64,000 bases of DNA from Rotaria socialis (lineage: Eukaryota). Shown here piece after piece: positions 54,486-64,000 of this stretch (position 1 is the stretch's first letter; the number at the start of each line of letters is the position of its first letter). Both the position numbers and the translations under genes were made by a program. The stretch spans positions 1 to 64,000 of the forward strand of contig CAJNYD010000459.1 in the NCBI GenBank assembly GCA_905331295.1. Direction: 5' to 3'. The notes beneath the pieces were generated by a model. It searched no databases, was not told the DNA's origin, and was given only the letters and a program-made list of their open reading frames with translations.

Positions 54486-57400
54486 ATGGTGGTGGTGCTC
54501 ATTTTTCTTCCTTTCCTCTTTCTCTCTTCTGCGAGCACGAGAGAACATATACGAGTAGCTATATGTTCGTATACATTCATATACATATAAAACGGCAGTG
54601 TCTGTCTTTAGGAGTTGTTTTTAGATGAAATGCAACCATTTGTAGAACAACCACAATTTTTACTTGAACCCAAATCTTCGTTTATATTCGAAAATCTTCC
54701 TGTTAAACTCGAATGCAAGGCGATTCGAACAAGACAAATATTTTTCAATTGTGATAATAAATGGGTACCGGAATCGGAACATGTCAAATCTACTGAAACA
54801 AATGTAAGTTGGTGTTGTTTTTTCTCTCTCTATACATGAATTTTCTCTAGGAGAAAGGCAATACCGTTATTGTAACGGCGATTCAATTAAAAGCCGATCA
54901 AATTGAAGCGAATATTTATAAATGTTTTTGTCAAGCATGGTCAGCAACAGGTGGAACGCTTAAATCTCGGGCAGCAACGATTGAATTAGCTTGTAAGTAT
55001 ATGTTTTCATATCACAATGATATGTGATAAGAAGGAAGATTAGCAGTTTACTCTCGATCAATAGAACAAAGATTAGCTCGATGCCGGCGTTTACAATTCG
55101 TATGATAAAACGAGAGCCATTCAAGGTTGTAAAATATATAGTTTACATGAATGAGTTGACATTATTTTGTTTTTTCAAGTAACAGTTATTAAAGAAAGTT
55201 TATCCACTAATCGGATCAAAGTGAGAGAAGGAGAAAAGGAAAAGTTTGAGTGTTCTAATTTATTGATGAAGGTTACATACTATGTATACATACTCATTAA
55301 AAGAACTCGACTATATAATGATTAGTATACTATCCTTGACGGCAAAGAAAAAAGACAAAGAGAATATTTTTTGATAATGTAGATTGACACTCAAACGAAA
55401 GAATAATAATACTTAAACATACATCTATGACAAAGAGAATAATAGAGTAGGAAAACCCATTTATGTTTGACTTTAGTTATTCTCTCAGATGTCAAATCAT
55501 CAATTTATAAAAAGAAACTACCGCTCATTGAACATATGTTCTTTCGTTGACATATCAATATAAATATTTGATTATTTTAGATTTAGATAAAATATTCGAA
55601 TGGGAACCATTAAAAACCGATAGTATAATTAATAAATCAGTCGAATTACGTTGTCGTCCGCCAAGTGGAAATCCGTATCCAAAAGTAAGACATATTATAT
55701 AACGTAGAAAAAAAAGAGCTTTCTTTCTAGCCCATCGATATTACACCCACAAATAAATAGATCATTATCGTTCTTCGAACAGACATATGGAGGTTAATAG
55801 GACACAAGGAGAAAAAAAAATGAGCCTTATTTGTATACATCAGTCGCTGTCTTTTCTTCTACACACTTGATCGATTATTCAACCGATATTTGACACCTTG
55901 TGGAGGTGGTATGCTTGTCAATCTTAGAAATTCTCTCGTGTCGCTTGCTATTTAGGACATAAGATAATTGTTCTTTGCCATTTTCGCACCTTCGCGAAAT
56001 GAAAGGGATAATTAGAATCAACAGAGAAGAAACGGAAATGGACTCTTTTTTTTACTTTAAATGCAAACAAACATGCGAATGATTATATTGGGTCGGCATT
56101 TTTCTCTCTCTCTAGGTAACATGGTTAAAGGATAATCAACCAGTTGAAATAAATCGTAACGGTCGTTTAATACTTTCGAATGAAAATTCTCTACTGATTG
56201 CACAAATAAAAAAAAGTGACGCAGGAAATTACACTTGTGTGGCATCGAATATTGCTGGATCGTATTCAAGTGAACCAGCTGAATTGATTGTTCATGGTAC
56301 TGAAAAATTTCTGCGCGGAATTTCGAAGTTTTTCTTTCTTCTTCAAATGTAGATGATCGCGGTTGGTCGGAATGGCAAGCATTTTCTGAATGTAAAGGTA
56401 TACCATGCAGTATTGGTCGTCAACGACGTTTACGTACGTGTCTTAATCCGCCAACAATTACGAATAAACCGAGTTGTGATGGCGATCAAATACAAGAAAG
56501 AGAATGTTCTGTACCATGTCAAAAAAATCTTTCATCTCAACCGCCAGGTTCGAATTGTTTGTGTAAACGGTTGCATAGCTAAATTTTGTTTTTCAGATGA
56601 TGATTTTTCTGAATGGTCATCATGGTCAAATTGTATTGGTGTTCCATGTCAAATAGGCACGCAACAGCGTATGCGAAGTTGTTTTAGACAATCCGTATGT
56701 AATGACAAACAAATACAAGAACAAGATTGTTTTGTATCTTGTCAGAATAAAACTCAATCATCGTTATCGAATGGTAATCATAGGAAATATATAAAATGAT
56801 TATATATACATATTCTGTTTCTCGTTGTCGCAATCTCAAGGTATCTATTCGAATTGGACACATTGGTCTGCATGTCGATCAATCGATTGTACATCTGTAC
56901 GTACACGACACTGTCTAGAAGAGCCATGCCGAGATTATTTAATGGAAACTCGTCCTTGCGATGAAAATATGTGTTCGAGTAAAGATTTATTTCGTCGTAT
57001 TATCAAGTAATTTGTTATGCGTTTTCTTTTCTCATAGGTATGAAGAATACGAGCACGCCGCCAGTACCTACATCTGCTTTCAATATGATCATGTATTCAT
57101 CGGCTGGTTTCGGTGGTCTCATATTTCTGTTATTAGCCTTTTTATTTGCTGTGATTTGTTGTCGTCGACGACGACGTACAATAAGAAAAAAAGGTAAGCG
57201 ACGAATAATGGTTATATAACCTTCATATCAGACATTTGCCTTCTTTTTTTCTTCTCTCACTTCATTCATGTGAGGCTAGACTAAACAGGGTGACATTCGA
57301 GTGTTTTTCTCCCTATCGTTAGCAAGGCAACAGCTGAAGTTTAAAGAGAAAATAATTCCTTGCTATGCTTTCTGACGAATAAAAGAATAAAATCGAAATT

Positions 57401-59664
57401 AAATTGACAGATAGCAATCTGCGTGTGTGCGAACACAAGAGAATGCCACGGCGATAATTGTAGTATGTGTTGTTCAGCAGCAGCAGCAGCAGCAGCCGGA
57501 CACTTGAATGATTAACGAATTGAAAGGAAAACGAGGAATGCTTATCGCACAGACCATGTGTATTAATTTGTTCAATAAGTGAACAATTTTCTATAGAATA
57601 TATAATGAGAAGAAAACGAAAATGAACATATGCAAGCTATTTCTCAGATCACGCACGTCCGTTTAATTATTTAACTGACAAAATATTACCTGAGGGTAAC
57701 AATAGGCTGTTGTCAGTTGACTGGAATTAATTTGATAAAAGTCATTAGCAGTCAACCTATGACTATTCTGATTGCTGATATTTTTTGTTTTGATAGGTAT
57801 ATCGAATAGTATCCCAACAAACACAACATGCAGTAATTGTCATATAGAAAAAAATGAATATCCATTTTATTATTCAATACAACAAGATACAACATCGACA
57901 AGGTCTTGTGCATCGCAGAATAATTCTATATCATTAACAAATGCTGATCTTGGAGTGGAAAAAGAAAAATTAATTTTTCTAAATGATTCACCATTGAAAT
58001 CATCGAATTTAAATCTCATCTATGAAAAAATTCTTCAATCGCTACCGGAAAATATCGACCTACGTTATTTTGCCGTATCGATAATTAATAATTCAGGTTG
58101 TCATCTTGAAATACCTCGTACCGGCATATCATTAACCATACCGGAAGATGCCGTTCTACTTGATGAAGACCATTTAATTTTTATTGCTTTACTGACCATC
58201 GAAAATCACATGCCGATATTAAATAATAATCAAACACGTCTATCACCTGTCATACTCATCGGCCCATCAGATATAACGTTGGTTAAACCGGCTGTACTTT
58301 CGTTTGAACATACAGCTGTATTAGATTCATCGTGGAAATTTAATTTAATCTTTTCGGATGATATTATCAATTGGAAATCAATATTAACCTATGGACAAGA
58401 AAATATTTCAACCCCCGTCTATCTACAATTTAACAATGAACAAAAAGCATCTATATTAGTAAGAGAAATATTCGGTTTGATTGAGTATTATCTTTTTGAT
58501 TTTTAGTTCGAAACGATGGGTGCCTATGTATTAATTGGCGAATCAATTAAAGATCATCATGCATCGAAATACCTTCACATGGCGTGTTTTCATAATCAAC
58601 TAACATTACGTGTTCGGTTTTTTGATAGAACATTAGATGCGTTCGAACGGTGTTTGAACGAAGAATTAGCGATGAAAAATGCCCTATGTGACCAACCCAA
58701 AGAATTTATTTTACACGATTATCAAGATCAAGTATGCATTAATGTTGATTTAGAACTCTCGACCCTATCAAGAATTAATATTGGTTATAAAGAAGTTTCA
58801 TCGATATCGTTTTGGACTAATCGTATTGATCGATCATGCTTTATTTTTGTTATACCAGATTTACAAATGAACAGCGATGATAGAATAAAAAATTTTATGG
58901 ATCAATTTGCGATCCATGTTGATGCTTATCAACCGGCCATGCTTGAAAGTGCACTACATACACGACTATTTATCAATACGCTTCATGTAAGTTTTGGGAT
59001 TTAACGGAATGAACTTGGCATTTATTAACCGTTTATTATATTATATTTTTCATAATGCCTCCGTGTGCCTTAGAAATAATCCATTGAATAACTTCTCCCG
59101 AGAAACTAAGTGCGAAATTTTGATGACCTGCTGAGCACTGTCAAATAGGCTTAGTCGCCTACTGACGAACACTACTATTAATAAGAATTATCATCGAAAA
59201 AAATTTCTTTTCTAGTTACAGCACAGTTCTGGATGGAATACAATATCACTACGGCATCGACAAACGTCGAAATCATCTGAAAAAATGAATAGGTAATTTT
59301 AAAATTCTTTTTATCTCACTCTAATGCTCGTTATTCGTTTAAGATTACCAAAAGTAATTCGACAAAAACTATGCCAAATGCTTGATCCACCTACTTCACT
59401 AGGAAATGATTGGCGAATGTTCGCAAGTAATTTAATTGGTATCAAGTAAGAATATTTAGAGTGAAGGGATATAGAATATTTCCAATGATATTTTTATTTA
59501 GTTATCTGCAATATTTTGCTACGAAAGCTAGTCCAACTGAACATTTGTTAACATTATGGGATGCTCGACAAGAATCACTTGTTCATATGATCAATGTACT
59601 TAATCAAATAGGTCGTAGTGATGCTGCGTGTATTATTATTACACATATGAATATAACGCATTGA
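54486..59664 (+). CDS. UNC5: Netrin receptor UNC-5 (SP, 2 Ig, TSP1 repeats, TM, ZU5, UPA, death domain)
   Basis: FLLEP...QIFFNCDNKWV; second Ig ELRCRPPSGNPYPK|VTWLKD...DAGNYTCVASNIAG; WSxW TSP1 repeats; TM at ~57080-57160; ZU5 GCHLEIPRTGISLTIPEDA; death domain LCQMLDPP..GNDWR...SPTEHLLTLWDAR. Confidence 0.93.
57475..57495. repeat. (CAG)7 microsatellite in an UNC5 intron
   Basis: cagcagcagcagcagcagcag. Confidence 0.85.
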
Positions 59665-60654
59665 TTGAATAATAAACGGTGCAAATAGACAGGGCAGCAG
59701 CGATATTTTCATCTCTTTTTTTAGTCTTGTGACGAACTCTTTTCTTTTTTTCTTTTTTTTTTGGTATTTTTATATGTCTTTATTAATGTATTATACGTCT
59801 CGTTGCTTGCTTTTTTTCTCAGTAATAAAAACTAAGATATTATATCTATGTCGAATAATTTGAAGTCAACTTTTACTTTTCTATAATGAAAATCGTCGAG
59901 ATACAGATATCTGAAGTATTGTTGAATTTGATAGGAGACATCAGAGCAATACATATTACCCTTTAGTGGTCGTAGTAGCAATGTAAAGCCTAGCATATTT
60001 ATGAGGCATGCTGTATCCTCTTCAAATAGTGAGTATTCCGATGAAGTTCGGCATATAAACTTTAACCTCATGCAGGCCTCGCTGATAATTTATGTATTTT
60101 GCTTGTTCAATAAATAAAGTTCGTCGCTATCAGAGAGGTATGAACAGTCTTTTATCAATTGTTATTTTACTCGAAAATAGAACAAAGCACAAAAACCATC
60201 TACTGTAGACAAACAAAATCACACAGAATCCACTTTTATTTCGTACAGTAACTAATAGAAAAAAATCAAATGAACGCAAAGTGTTGTAGCAAGAGTATTA
60301 AACATTTTATGCAGATTAAAATTATGCCGTCCGGTTACGTATTGCAAATGAAACATATTCAATATCCGAATGGAAAGTATAGATATGCTGCGTCGATGCT
60401 ATGACAGTTGATTGTGTGAATATCGTCAAGTATGGATACATTCAAATACACACATGTCAAATTGTACTTTATGCCCTGCATACGTTCTTGAAAAACACAC
60501 ACTACTACTAATATTCCGTCAATACCAAAAACCATGGCTCTCATCTACATGACAAACCAGAAAAATCAAATGAAGCAAAAGAAAATTTTTTATTACGAAC
60601 TCGTCAAACTCAGCGCTACTGATACGCCTCTCAAATGCTTTCAGTCAAGAACTT

Positions 60655-62026
60655 TTATGATGCTTTTCGAACATCGTCTGATTTTCGACAAATAATCGTA
60701 AAGAGACCATCTTGACAGTTAATTTCTGTCTTGTCAGTCTCAATGTCACACTCAATTTGGATTATCAATTCAAATGGGCCAATTGGAATTTTCAGTTGAT
60801 CATGTGTTAAATCAAAGTGTGATTCCATGAAGTCATCGCGTATTTCTCGAATTATTACACTTGATTTTTCAACTTCAATAACCACGTTAGTATTGTTGAA
60901 TCCAGACAACTCAACGACGATAATTATACCATCGGTTTGGTCGTATTTACGATATCGAGGTTGCCATTTCTCAATACCTTCAGCAAAAATTCTAATTAAA
61001 AAACCGTAACGGTCATACATAAGTCTAGGTGACACAGAAAATGAAGGTTGATACTGCACACGCTCATCGAATGGTACATCTTTCAGCTCTGAAAACACGA
61101 TATACAGTTCTGTCTGATGCTGAATGCTTCCTAGTTTTCTTAAGTCAATTTCAGAACCATTCACACATGTAAACAATTGAGGTAGCTTCTTGTTAACATA
61201 CGATAAGACTTCGTTCAAGATATGGACATTACGTCTCTTTTTAGTATCTGCTTGCAAAATTGTCATGATGCCGTCAAGTGATTGACTATTCCATCGTTTA
61301 GCCGCAGCAGAGTGTTCTTTCGCCATAAGGAAATGACGCAAAGTGGTTTGTTCAAATTGAGATGTATACATTTGAAATGATTTACCATCTTCAGCCATCC
61401 GTTGTTGTGTAGTCGCTTCTCTGGCACCGAGAATGCCCTTGATTTCCTTCTTAATTACGATTTGCATCTCTTCTTTTTTCTCAATGTCCACCAAATTGTG
61501 AACAAAAATAATTTCTGGCCTCTTTGAAGGCAGCAACTTCTCACAGTACTCCAAGACTTCTCGTATATATATTTGATCAGTCAAATGTAATCGATTCAAT
61601 ACAATTATTATATAAGAACAGATATTCAAAATTATTTCCCGTAGAAGAGCGTCAGTAGCTCTTTTGTCTTCAAGTCCGCTTTGACTTACTGGCGTGTCCG
61701 TACCAGCTGTGTCAAGAAAAATCAGGTTTGCCATAGTCTCTCGTGATGCGGTGATTGATATGTCATCTGTCGATAATACGCTACCGTTAGGAAACTGAGT
61801 TTTACAAAGCTGATTTAGCAAATAGGATTTTCCACGATTGTACGAACCGAGTATACCAACTGTTAGACTGGCTTCATATTCTGTCAGTGTTAGAAGGTTT
61901 TACCATTTTTGTTGTATTATTGACTGTAATTTTCCAGCCATGCTTCACTAAATCTTTAAGGCTTTGAATGTGTATAATGACATCATATGGAGTTGGAGCC
62001 GAAGACCGAAAAAAGTTTTTCGACAT
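60655..62026 (-). pseudogene. P-loop GTPase fused to a C-terminal HSP20/alpha-crystallin-like domain, intronless, with one frameshift near the 5' end (pseudogene or assembly error)
   Basis: ATG at 62026 opens MSKNFFRSSAPTPYDVIIHIQSLKDLVKHGWKITV...TDRI* (TGA 61876-61874). The +1 frame, open from 61899, reads EYEASLTVGILGSYNRGKSYLLNQL (G1) ... FLDTAG (G3) ... IFVHNL, ending IVVELSG...GPFELII...DGLFTII. Confidence 0.75.
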
Positions 62027-62809
62027 TATGGTATAAGCAGCAAGACGAATAAATATAGTGCTTTTATAAATCGTACCACTTGGTTTGGAAGAGAGCTGAA
62101 CCTTTATTCGTGCTCTTCAGTGATAACAGGTCGTTTATTTTTCTTCTATTGTTATCTGCTTTTCAAAACATGAAATTAACAGCGGCCGATACTAATTTCA
62201 TCCTTATGTTTTTTCGCTTTGTCTCTGAGTTGGCAAGAATTCTTGTATTCAGGTATTAACAAACATATACTGATAAAATAGTAAAAAATGCGAGTCAGCT
62301 ATATTTGCAAAAAGCTAAGAAAGAAGACGCTTTTTATGGCAGTGCGTGATTTTCTACACGTGCGATAAATATAAAAGTTCACATCCCTGGGGGTAGACAA
62401 GAACATGCCTGCACTCAGTTGCTATTTCGGCACACGTTATCAGAATGTCTATCATAATTATAATATTTACAAGAAAAGAAATCAATCATATGTTGTCTAT
62501 GTTTTTTGCTCTTGCTGGTAAATAAGGAAACCTGATTTGAGAAGAATTACGGAGAAAACATGAAAAATTCAAAGAGAAAAACCATGTGACACGATGACTC
62601 TGGAGTGTTTGTATACATACAAATACAATCAATGCAATTGTTGAGTTTTTTCTCTTTCATTTATGGCTGGGAACGTTGTTTTCAATTCAATAGGAATAAT
62701 GATTTCTTCTTGAGTGTCAGGAAAAAAAATATGCATATGTCCTGCAGAAAAATCGAAACAAATAAAAAGTAACGACAAATCCTGATAAGAGGCGAAGTAC
62801 TGGTGCCAA

Positions 62810-64000
62810 ATGGGTGGAAAAGAATCAAAACAAACTGTTTCGAAATTAATAACAAGTGCAACTGTACCATCGACTGCAGTGCGACCTAGTCGCCGCATAG
62901 CTGAAAACTATTTAGTCATATGGGCTGATGAAAGTATAGACTCGAAAAATACAGATTGCCAAAATACATTAGATGAATTGCGTAGTGTAGTCAATGACGT
63001 TAATCCATGTACAACATCAACAGAATGCATTGGATGCCTCAATGACAATAAAGAGAAGATATCATTTGTCATCGCTTCTGGTGCTTTAGGACAACATCTA
63101 GTGCCCGAAATTCATAATATGCCAAATTTGAATGCTATTTATATTTTTTGTGGCAATAAACAGTATCATAGAGAATGGGTTCAAAAGTGGACCAAAATCA
63201 AAGAGTTAGATTCATCCATCAAATCAATATGCCAAGCGTTGTCACTGGCAATTAAGCAATGTAATCAAAATAATGTATCGGTGACCATTATCAGTGCACA
63301 CGAAGAAGACTTGAGTAAGAACTTAAATCGAATTGAACCAACGTTTATGTATTCCCAAATATTCAAGGAAATTCTTCTCGAGATGAAGCACGGCCACCAA
63401 GCTGTGAAAGATTTAGCCAAATTTTGCAAAAAAGGTGAATACCATGATAATAAAACTGAAATGAAAATTATCAAAGAATTTCAAGATACGTATCAACCAT
63501 CGGATGCCATTTGGTGGTACACACGTGAATGTTTCACATACAAATTGCTCAACAGCGCATTACGAACACTCAACGGTGACATCATCATTCGAATGGGTTT
63601 CTTTCTTTGTGATATACACCGACAGATCGAAGATCTACACAAGACACAAGTCAGTCTATATCGAAGGCAGCCATTCAAAATTTATCGAGGGCAAGGATTA
63701 TCAGCAGAAGACTTCGAAAAACTCAAAATAAACAAAGGTGGACTTATTTCTTTCAATAACTTTCTATCGACCAGTATCAAACGAGATATTTCTCTCGAGT
63801 TCGCCAATCATGCAATAGATGAACCTCATACAGTTGGTGTCCTTTTTCAAATGACAATCGATCCTACTATATCATCGAATCCATTTGCCTCCATACAAGA
63901 AATAAGTTATCACAATGAGGAAGCTGAAATTCTTTTCTCTATGCATACTGTTTTTCGAATTGATGAGACCGTCAAAGTTGATAGCAAACGTCCACTTTAT
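62810..64000 (+). CDS. Receiver-like domain + R-S-E clade mono-ADP-ribosyltransferase protein, intronless, runs off the window end
   Basis: Open frame from ATG 62810 (MGGKES) to 64000: YLVIWADE, LNAIYIFC, AIWWYTRECFTYKLLNSALR, catalytic YRGQ (63683), FLSTS (63761), EEAEILF (~63917). Absent from the ORF track because there is no stop in the window. Confidence 0.88.
   Translation, partial: MGGKESKQTVSKLITSATVPSTAVRPSRRIAENYLVIWADESIDSKNTDCQNTLDELRSVVNDVNPCTTSTECIGCLNDNKEKISFVIASGALGQHLVPEIHNMPNLNAIYIFCGNKQYHREWVQKWTKIKELDSSIKSICQALSLAIKQCNQNNVSVTIISAHEEDLSKNLNRIEPTFMYSQIFKEILLEMKHGHQAVKDLAKFCKKGEYHDNKTEMKIIKEFQDTYQPSDAIWWYTRECFTYKLLNSALRTLNGDIIIRMGFFLCDIHRQIEDLHKTQVSLYRRQPFKIYRGQGLSAEDFEKLKINKGGLISFNNFLSTSIKRDISLEFANHAIDEPHTVGVLFQMTIDPTISSNPFASIQEISYHNEEAEILFSMHTVFRIDETVKVDSKRPLY

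Noticed and set aside
61881..61903. 23-nt GT-AG mini-intron as a rescue of the GTPase frameshift
   Set aside because: Removing it gives AAT ATG AAG CCA GTC TAA (wrong frame), and it is far shorter than other introns here.

Overview
AT-rich eukaryotic genomic DNA with compact genes and many short (~50-70 nt) GT-AG introns. The gene-family mix (NHL and bacterial-style kelch propellers, a receiver-like/ADP-ribosyltransferase gene, a B-box/propeller gene) and the intron style resemble a bdelloid rotifer; this is an inference. About 20 genes were reconstructed by hand. The middle of the window (~20-60 kb) holds mostly conserved intron-rich genes: beta-tubulin, AK7, a KChIP-like NCS protein, PLA2G15/LCAT, EEF2KMT-like, MTERF3, two Ly6 genes, HPD and UNC5. 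The left flank holds accessory-type genes: a TIL peptide, a bacterial-like ORF head-to-head with an intronless Hsp70, an NHL protein, and two 7-blade kelch genes that share one exon but have different N-terminal modules, plus conserved MFSD11. The right flank holds a frameshifted GTPase-HSP20 fusion divergent from an N-myristoylated R-S-E ADP-ribosyltransferase gene. Three non-autonomous hAT-like TIR elements with 8-bp TSDs were found. No rRNA, tRNA or CRISPR array was seen. Exon boundaries are manual predictions and no database searches were run.
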